DNA from: Vulcanimicrobiota bacterium
Lineage (GTDB): Bacteria; Vulcanimicrobiota; Vulcanimicrobiia; Vulcanimicrobiales; Vulcanimicrobiaceae
Assembly (NCBI GenBank): GCA_963704715.1
Contig: OY969933.1
Coordinates: 135,091-199,090, forward strand
Direction of reading: 5' to 3'
DNA: 64,000 nt
Positions 29,114 through 39,149 of this stretch are shown piece after piece. Below the pieces are notes generated by a model. It saw only the letters and a program-made list of their open reading frames with translations. It made no database searches and had not been told where the DNA came from. The number at the start of each line of letters is the position of its first letter. Within the stretch, counting starts at the first letter, position 1. A program made the translations under genes and the position numbers.

Positions 29114-30123
29114 CCGTCGCCCGCATCGGTTTGGACGCGCGGTCGACCGATCAGATGTCGACCGGGATGAAAGCTTACGCGCGAGAGTTGGCCGGCCGTT
29201 TGCCGGACGTGGCGCCGGAGTTCGCGTTCGTGCGGTTCACGCAAGGCCGCAATTTCGGGTGGGAAGAGCAAGTCGCACTGCCGCTGGCGATGCGCCGGGC
29301 GCGTCTCGACCTGGTGCATTTTCTCTCGCTGTACGTTCCGTGGGTTGCTCCCGCGCCGTCGGTCATCACGATCCACGACCTTATTCACTTGCGTTTTCCC
29401 GAACAGTTCAAGCCGAAAGTCGGGCCGTACTACCGCACGGTCGTGCGCCGCGCGTGCGCGCGTGCCAAGCGCGTCATCACCGACGACGAACGCACCGTTG
29501 ACGATCTCGAACGCTTTCTGCACGTCGATCGCGCGAAGGTGCGCGTCGTTCCGCTCGGCGTCGACGACCGCTTTCTCGAACCGGCGGCACCGCACGCGGG
29601 GGCGCGACCGTATCTGCTCTACGTCGGAAATCATCGCACCCACAAGGATTTGCCGACGCTGTTCGAGGCCTGGACGGCGCTCGCAAAAGAGGCTGCGTTC
29701 GATCTGTACCTCACGGGCCCCGACGATTTCGGCGGAGAGCTGCAACGCCGCAGCACTCCGGCCCGTGCGATCGTTGCCCTCGGGGACGTGTCCATCGAAC
29801 GTCTGGCCTCGTTGTACGCGGGCGCGACGGCATTGGTCTCACCGGCGAGACGTGAAGGTTTCGGCCTGCCGATGCTCGAGGCGATGGCGATGGGCTGTCC
29901 GGTCGTGGCATCCGCCGACGCGCTGCCCGGCGTGCTTGCGCCTGCGGGGTGGACGTTCGCTGCGGGTGATGCGGCGCAGTTGGCCGCGACGTTGAAGGAA
30001 TTGCTCGCCGACGAGGGCCGGCGCGACCGTTTCGTCAACCTAGGACGGGAGATCGCGCGGTCGCTGACGTGGGATCGTTGCGCGCGTACGACCGCCGGCG
30101 TCTATCGAGAGGTGTTGGAGTGA
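29110..30123 (+). CDS. GT-B fold glycosyltransferase (family 4 type)
   Basis: GTGA overlap with the GT2 gene. 'EGFGLPMLEAMAMGCPVVAS' is the E-x7-E region. Confidence 0.8.
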   Translation: MTVARIGLDARSTDQMSTGMKAYARELAGRLPDVAPEFAFVRFTQGRNFGWEEQVALPLAMRRARLDLVHFLSLYVPWVAPAPSVITIHDLIHLRFPEQFKPKVGPYYRTVVRRACARAKRVITDDERTVDDLERFLHVDRAKVRVVPLGVDDRFLEPAAPHAGARPYLLYVGNHRTHKDLPTLFEAWTALAKEAAFDLYLTGPDDFGGELQRRSTPARAIVALGDVSIERLASLYAGATALVSPARREGFGLPMLEAMAMGCPVVASADALPGVLAPAGWTFAAGDAAQLAATLKELLADEGRRDRFVNLGREIARSLTWDRCARTTAGVYREVLE

Positions 30124-31634
30124 CGGGACCGTTGCGGGTCCTTGCAATCGCGCTCGTCGCGGCCACGGCCCTGCCGGCGCGCGCGGCCGCGCCTTCGGGG
30201 GCGACGCATCCGATCGCCATCGCGATCAACGGGAACGCGCTCCCCATCGATCCGCCGCCGCGCTTCGAGAAGAGCGTGCTCTTCGTGCCGGTGAAGCGAA
30301 CGCTCGAAGCGCTCGGGCTGCCGTTCGTGCGCACCGGAAAAATCGTTACGACGCAGGCCGGCTCTAAAACCATTTCGCTCGAGCTGGGCAGCCGCTATGC
30401 GAAAGTCGACGGAGCGCGCGTCGAACTCGACGCGCCCCCATTTGAAGCGGCCGGAACCCTGTACGCTCCGCTTCGGTTTTTCACCGACGCATTAGACGCG
30501 CAGACGAACTACGACCGCAAAACGCGCACCGTCACGATCGTCGCGCAGCTGATCGGGCGCACCGAATCGGGATTGGTCTCGACGTCTTCGGGATACGTCC
30601 GGCTCGGCACCGTGGCCGCCGTCGACGTTCTCTCCAGCCCGCCGTCGTTGACGCTCGGCTACGACACCGGCCCGAAGACGATTCCGATCGCACCCAATGC
30701 GGTCGTCGACATGCAAGACGTCAACGCCGACGTCACGACGCCCGGAGAACTGGGCGACGTTCGGCCCGGTGACTTCGCACGTCTCGAAATGCGCAAGGAC
30801 GGCCGCGTGGAGCGCGTGGTCGACATGTTCGGCTCGCGCAACGGCCGCATCGTCGCAGTGGCCGGAAAGCAATTCGTGCTCGACAACGGCCAGGTCATTG
30901 CCGCCGGGCGCACCACCGAAGTCGCGTTGAACGGCAAAGCGGCGAGTTTCTCCGACTTGCGGGCGGGCGACACCGTTACCATACGATACAACGTCGAAAG
31001 CAACGAAGTGCGCGAGGTGCTGGCCGGCCGATCGGTCGCATCTGCAGCCGTACCCGGCGCGGCCGGCGTAACGGTCACGATCGATGCCACGCGTCCGCTG
31101 CGCGCCGGCGAAAGCGTCGCCGTACGGCTGCACGGAGCGCCCAACGGCGCTGCGACGTTCGACATCGGGTCGTACGTGACGAATCAAGCGATGCACGAAA
31201 CGGCCGCGGGCGACTACGCCGGAAGTTACACGATTCCGCAAGGAGCGAACTTCGCACAAGCGCCGGTGATCGGCAGGCTCGCAGGCCGCAACGGAACGAC
31301 CCTAGAGGCACAGGCTCCCCTACTGCTCTCCGCTTCGAGCGTTCCGCCGGGCGTCGTCGATTTTGCGCCCGACGGTGGGGCGACCGTCAACAACGACCGT
31401 CCGGCCGTGTACGCGACGTTTGCCGCGGACGCCGTGCCGGTCAATCCGTCGAGCGCTGCGATTTGGATCAACGGCCACGACGTGACCTCGGACTCCGTGC
31501 GCACGCCGCAGTTCATCCAATACGTTCCCGCCTATCCGTATCCTGACGGGCAAGTCCACGTGACCGTGCGCGTCGCCGATCAAGCCGGAAACGCCACGAC
31601 GAAATCCTGGACGTTCACCATTCGGACGCATTAG
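30120..31634 (+). CDS. secreted protein with copper-amine-oxidase-N-terminal-like (stalk) domain and Ig-like C-terminal domain
   Basis: GTG 30120 overlaps the upstream TGA. Signal 'LAIALVAATALPARAAAP'. 'INGNALPIDPPPRFEKSVLFVPVKRTLEALG...GTLYAPLRFFTDALDA' is the Cu_amine_oxidN1-type repeat. Confidence 0.6.
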   Translation: MTGPLRVLAIALVAATALPARAAAPSGATHPIAIAINGNALPIDPPPRFEKSVLFVPVKRTLEALGLPFVRTGKIVTTQAGSKTISLELGSRYAKVDGARVELDAPPFEAAGTLYAPLRFFTDALDAQTNYDRKTRTVTIVAQLIGRTESGLVSTSSGYVRLGTVAAVDVLSSPPSLTLGYDTGPKTIPIAPNAVVDMQDVNADVTTPGELGDVRPGDFARLEMRKDGRVERVVDMFGSRNGRIVAVAGKQFVLDNGQVIAAGRTTEVALNGKAASFSDLRAGDTVTIRYNVESNEVREVLAGRSVASAAVPGAAGVTVTIDATRPLRAGESVAVRLHGAPNGAATFDIGSYVTNQAMHETAAGDYAGSYTIPQGANFAQAPVIGRLAGRNGTTLEAQAPLLLSASSVPPGVVDFAPDGGATVNNDRPAVYATFAADAVPVNPSSAAIWINGHDVTSDSVRTPQFIQYVPAYPYPDGQVHVTVRVADQAGNATTKSWTFTIRTH

Positions 31635-31645
31635 GGACGCTCGCG

Positions 31646-32005
31646 ATGACGGCGCGACGCGATTCAAACTGTATCTTTTGTAAGATCGTGGCCGGTGAAA
31701 TTCCGTCGGCGGTTCTGCATCGCGACGAACACGTCGTCGCCATCGCCGACCTGAACCCGCAAGCGCCGGTGCATCTGCTCGTGCTGCCGGCCGAACACTA
31801 CGCCGACCTGGGCGCCCTGACGGCCGCGGGCCGCGACGACGTCGCTGCCGCGTTGATGCGCGTTGCTGTGTCGCTTGGAACCGAACGCGGCGGCCCGGCG
31901 GGATTCCGCTTGGTCGTCAATACCGGCGCGGACGGAGGACAGACCGTTGGGCACGCGCACGTCCACGTGCTGGCCGGAAGGGCGATGCACTGGCCACCGG
32001 GCTAG
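31646..32005 (+). CDS. HIT family (histidine triad) protein
   Basis: 'CIFCKIVAGEIP' and 'GHAHVHVL' (HxHxHxx). Confidence 0.85.
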   Translation: MTARRDSNCIFCKIVAGEIPSAVLHRDEHVVAIADLNPQAPVHLLVLPAEHYADLGALTAAGRDDVAAALMRVAVSLGTERGGPAGFRLVVNTGADGGQTVGHAHVHVLAGRAMHWPPG

Positions 32006-32124
32006 CGTTCTCGCCGATTTGACGCTCGTTCGGCCCTGTGCTAGGGTGAAGCGTTGACCCGGGATCGGGCCACAAGTTTTCGTGCGCCCTCCCAGGGCCA
32101 CGCCGAAAGGGGGGTCGTTTACAG

Positions 32125-32295
32125 ATGGAAGTTCGCGTAGCTCCGGGCGAATCGATCGAGAGCGCGCTGCGCCGCTTCAAAAAGGCCACCCAAAAGGCGG
32201 GCATTCTCGCCGAGGCGCGCAAGCACGAGCACTACGAGAAACCCAGCGTGCGCCGGAAGAAGAAGTCGGCCGCGGCACGCAAGCGCCGGACGTAG
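32125..32295 (+). CDS. rpsU: 30S ribosomal protein S21
   Basis: Not in the ORF track (56 aa). My own translation is [57 protein letters not shown] purine-rich AAAGGGGGG lies upstream. Confidence 0.85.
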   Translation: MEVRVAPGESIESALRRFKKATQKAGILAEARKHEHYEKPSVRRKKKSAAARKRRT

Positions 32296-32318
32296 GCGCC
32301 GCTCGCAGGCGCCGCTAA

Positions 32319-32777
32319 ATGGGCATGCTCAAAGACCGCATCGGCAACGATCTGAAAGCGGCGATGAAGGCGCGCGACCAGCTGCGCCTCGATACGCTGC
32401 GCTCGGCCCTGTCGGCATTTACCTACAAGCGTTCCGAAGCGGGGCAAGATCTCTCCGACGCCGATGAAATCGACGCGGTTGCGCGCCTGGTCAAGCAGCG
32501 CGGCGACTCGCTCTCGGAATTCGAGCGGGCCGGGCGCCAGGATTTGGCGGAGAAAGAGCGTGCCGAACGCGAGATTCTTCTCGCGTACCTGCCGCAGCAA
32601 AAATCCACGGCGGAGATTCGCGAGATGGTTCAGAGCGCGATCTCGGAAATCGCGCCCGAGTCGCGCAATCAAGGCGCCCTCATGAAGATCCTCATGCCGG
32701 CGCTCAAGGGCCTGGCCGACGGCAATCTCGTCCGCCAAATCGTCACCGAAGAGCTGGGTTCGCCCGCACCCCGCTAG
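32319..32777 (+). CDS. yqeY: GatB/YqeY domain protein
   Basis: 'LKDRIGNDLKAAMKARDQLRLDTLR' and 'VKQRGDSLSEFERAGRQDLAEKE'. It follows rpsU, as in Firmicutes. Confidence 0.85.
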   Translation: MGMLKDRIGNDLKAAMKARDQLRLDTLRSALSAFTYKRSEAGQDLSDADEIDAVARLVKQRGDSLSEFERAGRQDLAEKERAEREILLAYLPQQKSTAEIREMVQSAISEIAPESRNQGALMKILMPALKGLADGNLVRQIVTEELGSPAPR

Positions 32778-32812
32778 CGTAACCATCCGGCGTCGCGCAG
32801 GTAGGTAGCGGT

Positions 32813-34123
32813 ATGAAGGTTCAGTTCCTGCGGCGCTGGCTCACGTACGGTCTCCTAACGTGGGGCGTTTTCGGCATCGCCGCCGCGTCGGCGACGGTGC
32901 GGCCGGTCGTCGTGATTCCCATCGAAGGCACCGTCGACGACGGTATGGCGCACCTCGTGGCACGTTCGGTCGAGCTCGCCAATCGCGAAAACGCTGCAGC
33001 AATCGTCCTCGACGTCAACAGTCCCGGGGGACTGGTCGAGGCCGCATTCGCGATTCGCGATGCACTCTTCTCGGCGCAGGAACCGGTCGTCGCGTACGTC
33101 GGCCGCCGTGCCTACTCCGCCGCCGCACTCATCGCGCTCGCGTCCAATCGCATCGTCATGGGCCCGGGCGCCTCGATCGGCGCAGCCGAGCCGATTCCCA
33201 CGACCGTCAAGACGGTGTCCGCACTGCGCGGCGAGTTCGAATCGACGGCGCTGCGTAATCACCGGCCGGCGGCGGTGGCGGGGGCGATGGTCGACAAGAA
33301 CGTCGACTTGCCGCAATACAAGCGGACCGGCGCGATTCTCACGCTGAACACCGAGGACGCGGTGCGCGCCCACATCGCCGATGCGACGGCGCCCAGCCTG
33401 GATGCGGCGCTGGCGCAAGATGGCCTTGCGGCCAATCCGCGCACGGCCCAGGCATACTCGTGGGGCGAGGAGATCGCCCGGTTTGCGACGAGTCCGCAAG
33501 TCAGCGCGCTGCTGCTCTCGCTCGGCATGCTCGGATTGCTCATCGAGATGCAGACCCTTCACGGCATTGCAGGAGCGATCGGCGTCGGTGCGCTTGCATT
33601 ATTTTTCGGCACGCACGTCTACGCCGGATTCTCCAACGGCGTCGTGCTCGTGCTGGCCGTCGCCGGCATCCTCGGCATCCTCTGGGAACTGCACGTCGTT
33701 CCGGGCCACGGGTTACCCGGCATTCTGGGATCGATCTGTTTGCTGCTGGCGATCCTCTTTGCGTTCGGACTGCCGTTTTTCTTCGTTGCCATCGAAACGC
33801 TCGCGACGGCAATCGTGCTGACGGTGATTTGCTTTACGCTATTCGTTCGTGCAATGCCGGAGAATGCGTGGGCGCACCGGCTGGCGCTCGGAGCGGCGCA
33901 GGGGCCCGACTACGTCGCCAGCGGAGACTTGACGTCGTTCCTCGGGCATTCCGGCACCGCAGCGTCGTTTTTGCGTCCGGCTGGCATCGCGGCGATCGAC
34001 GGACGGCGCGTCGACGTGCTGACGGAGGGCGAGTTCATCCCCCAGGGAACACCGGTTCGCGTCGTCCGCGTAGAGGGCGCGCGCGTCTTCGTCGAGGCCG
34101 TTACTCTCCCGAGTTATCAGTGA
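32813..34123 (+). CDS. NfeD family membrane-bound ClpP-class protease
   Basis: N-terminal ClpP-like domain '[11 protein letters not shown]', central TM bundle, and C-terminal OB '[17 protein letters not shown]'. It lies upstream of floA. Confidence 0.8.
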   Translation: MKVQFLRRWLTYGLLTWGVFGIAAASATVRPVVVIPIEGTVDDGMAHLVARSVELANRENAAAIVLDVNSPGGLVEAAFAIRDALFSAQEPVVAYVGRRAYSAAALIALASNRIVMGPGASIGAAEPIPTTVKTVSALRGEFESTALRNHRPAAVAGAMVDKNVDLPQYKRTGAILTLNTEDAVRAHIADATAPSLDAALAQDGLAANPRTAQAYSWGEEIARFATSPQVSALLLSLGMLGLLIEMQTLHGIAGAIGVGALALFFGTHVYAGFSNGVVLVLAVAGILGILWELHVVPGHGLPGILGSICLLLAILFAFGLPFFFVAIETLATAIVLTVICFTLFVRAMPENAWAHRLALGAAQGPDYVASGDLTSFLGHSGTAASFLRPAGIAAIDGRRVDVLTEGEFIPQGTPVRVVRVEGARVFVEAVTLPSYQ

Positions 34124-34133
34124 GGTAGTTTTC

Positions 34134-35144
34134 GTGGTTGCACTCAGTGCGGCGATCATCATCGTCGTCGCGGTCGTCCTCTTCTTTACGTTCATGTACT
34201 ATTTTCCAATAGGGCTGTGGATTCGTACGATTGCGGCCGGCGTACCGCTCGGCATCATCGCCCTGGTGCGGATGCGGCTCATCGGCATTCCGCCGAGCGT
34301 CATCGTTACCAACTACGTGCGCGCACGCAAGGCCGGCCTGGACCTGTCGGTCGATCAGATGCAATCGCATTACCTCGCCGGCGGCAACGTCGAGAACGTC
34401 ACGCTCGCGATGATCGCGGCGCAGCGGGCGCAGATTCCGCTCGTGTGGCAGCGTGCGGCGGCAATCGATCTTGCCGGCCGTAACGTGCTCGAGGCGCTGC
34501 AGACGTCGGTCAATCCGAAGGTCATCGAAACGCCCATCTTCCAAGGCGTCGCGCAAAACGGCATCCAGTTGAACGTCAAAGCCCGTATTACGGTGCGCAG
34601 CGATCTCGACCGGTACGTCGGCGGCGCCGGCGAGCCGACGATCGTAGCGCGTGTGGGCGAAGGCGTGGTCTCGGCCGTCGGCGCGGCCGTCGACCACAAG
34701 GAAGTTTTAGAGTATCCCGATCGCATCAGCAAGGCGGTGCTCGCCAAAGGGCTCGATGCCGGCACCGCATTCGAGATCGTATCGATCGACATCGCCGACG
34801 TGGACGTCGGAAAGAACATCGGTGCCGAACTGCAGACCAGCCAGGCCGAAGCCGACCGCCGCATCGCGCAGGCCAAGGCGGCCGAACGGCAATACGCTGC
34901 ACTTGCGGCCGAGCAAGAGCAGAAGGCCGAAACCCAGGCGATGCGCGCGAAAGTCGTGGAAGCCGAGGCATCGATCCCGCAAGCGATCGCCGAAGCCTTT
35001 CGCAGCGGTCACTTGGGCGTCATGGATTACTACCGCCTGAGGAACATTCAGGCCGACACGGAGATGCGCTCGTCGATCGGCGGAACCGCCGAAGGCACGA
35101 GCGACCAGCCGCAGACGCCGCCTCCACCGCCCGTCAAGCCGTAG
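34134..35144 (+). CDS. floA: flotillin-like protein FloA (SPFH, UPF0365/YqfA)
   Basis: '[31 protein letters not shown]' and '[10 protein letters not shown]' are FloA hallmarks. Ala/Glu-rich coiled C-terminus. Confidence 0.85.
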   Translation: MVALSAAIIIVVAVVLFFTFMYYFPIGLWIRTIAAGVPLGIIALVRMRLIGIPPSVIVTNYVRARKAGLDLSVDQMQSHYLAGGNVENVTLAMIAAQRAQIPLVWQRAAAIDLAGRNVLEALQTSVNPKVIETPIFQGVAQNGIQLNVKARITVRSDLDRYVGGAGEPTIVARVGEGVVSAVGAAVDHKEVLEYPDRISKAVLAKGLDAGTAFEIVSIDIADVDVGKNIGAELQTSQAEADRRIAQAKAAERQYAALAAEQEQKAETQAMRAKVVEAEASIPQAIAEAFRSGHLGVMDYYRLRNIQADTEMRSSIGGTAEGTSDQPQTPPPPPVKP

Positions 35145-35159
35145 ACTCCGAGGGGCAGC

Positions 35160-35552
35160 GTGCACGACGTCGGTACGTTCGTTTGGGTGGTGCTGGTGGT
35201 GATCGGCGTCGTTTCGAGCATCGTTTCGAACGCGCGAAAGCGCGCCGGCTCCCCGGTGGCCCCGGCGGCGTCGCCGGGAATCCCGCCGTACCTCGTCTCG
35301 CCGCAGGCGATGCCGTCGCAGCGCATGCCGGCCGGCGCGCCGGCCCCTGCCGCAGCGCCCCCGGCCGCGCCTCCGCGGGCAGTTCGCGCCCGCCCGGTGC
35401 CGCCGCAAACGCCGCCGGCCGCCGACCACACCCTCGACGTCTTCCGGCCGGCACGCCGGCGGCCGCGCGTCTTTGCAGGCCGCGGCGCCCTGGTGCGCGC
35501 CGTGATCGGTGCCGAGGTCCTGGGCAAGCCGCTGGCCCTGCGCGACGAGTAG
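35160..35552 (+). CDS. hypothetical single-pass membrane protein, Pro/Ala-rich
   Basis: GTG start, one TM helix 'FVWVVLVVIGVVSSIV', and a low-complexity remainder. The position corresponds to yqfB-type small genes. Coding status is uncertain. Confidence 0.35.
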   Translation: MHDVGTFVWVVLVVIGVVSSIVSNARKRAGSPVAPAASPGIPPYLVSPQAMPSQRMPAGAPAPAAAPPAAPPRAVRARPVPPQTPPAADHTLDVFRPARRRPRVFAGRGALVRAVIGAEVLGKPLALRDE

Positions 35553-35613
35553 CAAAGGCTCTTCGCCCGCCGCGAGGTACGGGCGCCGCCTCAGCGAGAA
35601 TCCTGCGGAGGCA

Positions 35614-36564
35614 TTGAGCGGGCCACAGGAACGGGCGGTCGACCTTCACGCGCTGAGCGAGCGCGTCCGCCTCTTCGGAGAGTACGACCGGAACCTGTCG
35701 GCGATCGAATCGCTGGGCGTAGCCGTTCGGACCGACGGCGACCGGCTGCTCATGAGCGGCGAGCCGGCTGCGGTCGACCGGGCCGAACGCGTCGTTCGGC
35801 GCGTCCTCGACGCGGCCGTCGCCGGCGCCCACGTCACGCCCGACGACGTCGCGCTCGCGGCCTCCGACGTGAGCGCTCGCAACGGCGCCGCGCTGCCCAA
35901 GACGCTGTTGCGAACCCAGCGCGGACGCGAAGTTCGTCCGCGTACGGCCGGACAGCGCGTGCTCGTGGAATCGATCGAGCGGCACACGCTGACGATCGGC
36001 ATCGGTCCGGCGGGAACCGGCAAGACGTATCTGGCGATCGCCATGGCCATTCGCGCGTTGAAGAACCGAGAAGTTGCGCGCGTCGTTCTCTCGCGCCCCG
36101 CCGTCGAAGCGGGCGAGAGCCTTGGCTTTCTTCCCGGCGACGTGCGCGAGAAGGTAGACCCGTACATGCGGCCGCTCTTCGATGCGCTCAACGAGCTGCT
36201 CGACGACGGCGTCATGACGCGCTACATCGATCGCGGTACGCTCGAGATCGCTCCGCTCGCATACATGCGCGGCCGCACGCTCTCGGAGGCGTTCGCAATA
36301 CTCGACGAAGCGCAAAACGCGACCGGAGACCAGCTGAAGATGTTCCTCACGCGGCTCGGGCCGGCATCGAAGATGGTCGTCATCGGCGACGAAACGCAGG
36401 TCGACTTACCGATTGGCGGGCGCAGCGGACTGCGCGACGCTGCGACGCGCTTGCGCGGTGTCGATGCAGTCGGCGTCGTCGAACTCGACGAAGGAGACGT
36501 CGTGCGGCACCCGCTGGTTTCGCGCATCATTCGCGCCTACGCGCGCGATCCAGCCGGCACGTGA
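35614..36564 (+). CDS. phoH: PhoH-like ATPase
   Basis: Walker A 'GPAGTGKTYLA', plus 'RPAVEAGESLGFLPGD' and 'ILDEAQN'. TTG 35614 (GGAGG just upstream) is chosen to avoid overlap with the previous gene; the start is uncertain. Confidence 0.8.
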   Translation: MSGPQERAVDLHALSERVRLFGEYDRNLSAIESLGVAVRTDGDRLLMSGEPAAVDRAERVVRRVLDAAVAGAHVTPDDVALAASDVSARNGAALPKTLLRTQRGREVRPRTAGQRVLVESIERHTLTIGIGPAGTGKTYLAIAMAIRALKNREVARVVLSRPAVEAGESLGFLPGDVREKVDPYMRPLFDALNELLDDGVMTRYIDRGTLEIAPLAYMRGRTLSEAFAILDEAQNATGDQLKMFLTRLGPASKMVVIGDETQVDLPIGGRSGLRDAATRLRGVDAVGVVELDEGDVVRHPLVSRIIRAYARDPAGT

Positions 36565-37013
36565 TCCACTATCGCAACGCGGCGCGCGCGAGAGACGTCG
36601 ATTCGCGCGCGTTGGTCGCCGCAGCGAAGCGATTGCTGGTCGCCGTGGATGAAGCCGATGCCGCGCTCTCGTTGAGCATCGTCAGCGACGCGGCCATGCG
36701 CGCGATCAACCGCGATCATCGCGGCAAGGACCGTAGCACCGACGTGCTGAGTTTTGCGCTCGACGGGGAAACGGCGCGCGGCGCGGCGAGCCGGCAGAAT
36801 CCGGAGCGCCTGCTCGGCGACGTGGTCATCTCGGTCGAAACCGCGCGGCGCCAAGCCGCCGATTACGACGCCACGCTGCAAGAGGAACTCTACCGGTTGC
36901 TGATACACGGGCTGTTGCACGTGCTCGGCCACGATCACGTGCGACCGGATGAGCGCCGGGTCATGCACCGCGAAGAGCGGCGCCTCGCGGCCGCGATCGG
37001 CCTGGAGGCGTAA
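36561..37013 (+). CDS. ybeY: rRNA maturation endoribonuclease YbeY
   Basis: 'HGLLHVLGHDH' zinc motif. 4-nt overlap with phoH. Confidence 0.9.
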   Translation: MIHYRNAARARDVDSRALVAAAKRLLVAVDEADAALSLSIVSDAAMRAINRDHRGKDRSTDVLSFALDGETARGAASRQNPERLLGDVVISVETARRQAADYDATLQEELYRLLIHGLLHVLGHDHVRPDERRVMHREERRLAAAIGLEA

Positions 37014-37018
37014 CGCTC

Positions 37019-37783
37019 GTGGCACACCCAGCCGACGAACGCAGCAAGGAAGAGCCGCATTTCGCGCCGATCGCCGAGAGCAAGCTCTTGCGTTCGTTCC
37101 ACCATGCGTTCGAAGGGATCATGTACGCAACGCGCACGCAGCCGAACATGCGCGTGCACCTCGTCATCGCGGCGCTCGTGCTCGGCGCGACGCTGGTCCT
37201 GCGCTTGGAACGCTTCTACGTCGTGGCGACGGTCGTGCTGGTTGCGCTCGTCCTCAGCCTCGAACTCCTGAACACGGCCGTCGAAGCGATCGTCGATCTG
37301 CTCACCGTCGCACATCATCCCTTGGCGAAGACCGCCAAGGATGCCGCGGCGGGCGCCGTGTTGATTGCCGCCGTCGGTGCAGCGATCGCCGGCTACTTGA
37401 TCTTCTATCAGGGCATTATCAGCGGCGGCGAGCGCGTCTTCGCCGCGGTCCAGCAGGTACCGGCGAATCTCGCGCTGATCACGTTGGCAATCGTCGCGAT
37501 CGCTACGATCTTCGCCAAGGCATGGGTCGGGCGCGGATCGCCGCTGCAAGGCGGTGCGGTCTCCGGCCACGCGGCGCTCGCCTTCGCGGCGGCGACGATG
37601 CTCGCGTTTTTCTACCAAAAGCCGCTGGGCGCCATCTTGGCGTACATCGTCGCGTTCCTAGTCGCCCAAAGCCGCGTCGAAGCGCGCATTCACAACGCCT
37701 TGGAGGTCTTCTGGGGGGCGGCGCTCGGCACGCTCGTCGCCCTCGCAATCTACATCTTGGTGCGCCCTCACGTTGTGCTATAA
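37019..37783 (+). CDS. dgkA: DgkA-type (diacylglycerol/undecaprenol) kinase fused to a PAP2-like phosphatase domain
   Basis: The N-terminal half carries 'SFHHAFEGI' and 'LELLNTAVEAIVD' (DgkA). The C-terminal half carries 'SGHAA' and 'SRVEARIHNALE' (PAP2 C2/C3-like motifs). Confidence 0.65.
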   Translation: MAHPADERSKEEPHFAPIAESKLLRSFHHAFEGIMYATRTQPNMRVHLVIAALVLGATLVLRLERFYVVATVVLVALVLSLELLNTAVEAIVDLLTVAHHPLAKTAKDAAAGAVLIAAVGAAIAGYLIFYQGIISGGERVFAAVQQVPANLALITLAIVAIATIFAKAWVGRGSPLQGGAVSGHAALAFAAATMLAFFYQKPLGAILAYIVAFLVAQSRVEARIHNALEVFWGAALGTLVALAIYILVRPHVVL

Positions 37784-37804
37784 TGGCGCCGATTTGAGGA
37801 AGCC

Positions 37805-39136
37805 TTGACCGACCCGTCTCGAAGTAGTTCTCTCATCTATACACTGCACGTCATCGTTCTCGCGGTTCTGGTGGTGCTGGCGGCGTTCTTCGCGGCGTCC
37901 GAAGCAGCACTGGTCTCGATCTCGCGCTTGCGGGCTCGAGCGATGACCGAGCGCCGCGTCAAGGGCGCCGCACGCGTGCTCGAGATGGTCGAAGACAAGA
38001 ACCGCTATCTCACCTCCATCCTCGTCGGGAATACGATCGTGCTGCTCGCGTCGGATTCCCTGGCCACCTACGTCGCCATCGAACTCGGCCTGCCGGCAGC
38101 GGCGGTCCTTTCGACGATCGTAATGACGGTCGTGGTGCTGCTCTTCGGCGAGATCATTCCGAAGCTCGTGGCAACCGCCGACGGGGAGCGCTGGGCACTG
38201 CGGCTGGCGGCCCCGATGCGCGTCGCTTCCTACATCCTCACGCCGATCGCCCACGCTTTTCAGGCCGTGACCGAACTGCTGCTGCGCCCGTTCAAAATCA
38301 AGCACGCTCGCCAGATTTACGTCACCGAAGAGGATATTCGCACGCTAGTCAACGTCGGCGCGGAACAGCGGGTCATCGAAGAAGAAGAGCGCGAGCTGAT
38401 CCATTCCGTCATGGAGTTCGGCGATACGATCGTTCGTGAAGTCATGAAACCGCGTCCCGAGATGATCGCAGTCTCGGTCGACGACTCACCCCGCCGCGCC
38501 CTCGACATCGTCATCTCCGAGGGGTACTCGAAACTGCCGGCATACCAAGAATCGAAAGACGACGTGGTCGGCATCGTCCACGACCGCGAGTTATTGGTGG
38601 CGCTCGCCAACGGATCGATCGCGCACACGTCGCTGCGCTCCTTGATGCGGCCTGCGGTGCACGTACCCGAAAGTAAGAAGATTGCCGAACTGCTGCGCGA
38701 GATGCAGCGCGACAAATTCTCGATGGCGATCGTCGTCGACGAATACGGCGGCACGGCCGGACTGGTGACGATGGAAGACTTGCTCGAGGAAATCGTGGGA
38801 GAAATTCGCGACGAACACGACGAGGACGAGCAGGAGCCCATCCACGTGGTATCTGACACCGAAGCCGTCGTCGATGCGGGCACGAACATCGACGACGTCA
38901 ACGCGCGATTGGAAACGCGCATCCCGAGCGAAGACTTCGAAACGATCGGCGGCTACACGGTGGGACTCTTCGGCCGGCTGCCGGCGGAAGGGGAAGAGGT
39001 CGACGCGGATCCGCACACGCGGCTGAAGGTGGAACGAACGCGCGGCCGTCGCATCCTTTCGGTACGCATCTTCACCAACGGCACACCGGCCGAGTGGGAG
39101 TCGGAGGAGGCGCCCGACGAACGCTCGCGCGTATAA
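37805..39136 (+). CDS. HlyC/CorC (CNNM) family transporter: DUF21, CBS pair and CorC_HlyC domains
   Basis: TTG start after GAGGAAG. 'ASEAALVSISRLR' (DUF21), 'VREVMKPRPEM' (CBS) and 'GGTAGLVTMEDLLEEIVGEI'. Confidence 0.85.
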   Translation: MTDPSRSSSLIYTLHVIVLAVLVVLAAFFAASEAALVSISRLRARAMTERRVKGAARVLEMVEDKNRYLTSILVGNTIVLLASDSLATYVAIELGLPAAAVLSTIVMTVVVLLFGEIIPKLVATADGERWALRLAAPMRVASYILTPIAHAFQAVTELLLRPFKIKHARQIYVTEEDIRTLVNVGAEQRVIEEEERELIHSVMEFGDTIVREVMKPRPEMIAVSVDDSPRRALDIVISEGYSKLPAYQESKDDVVGIVHDRELLVALANGSIAHTSLRSLMRPAVHVPESKKIAELLREMQRDKFSMAIVVDEYGGTAGLVTMEDLLEEIVGEIRDEHDEDEQEPIHVVSDTEAVVDAGTNIDDVNARLETRIPSEDFETIGGYTVGLFGRLPAEGEEVDADPHTRLKVERTRGRRILSVRIFTNGTPAEWESEEAPDERSRV

Positions 39137-39149
39137 GACGCGCGGTGTC

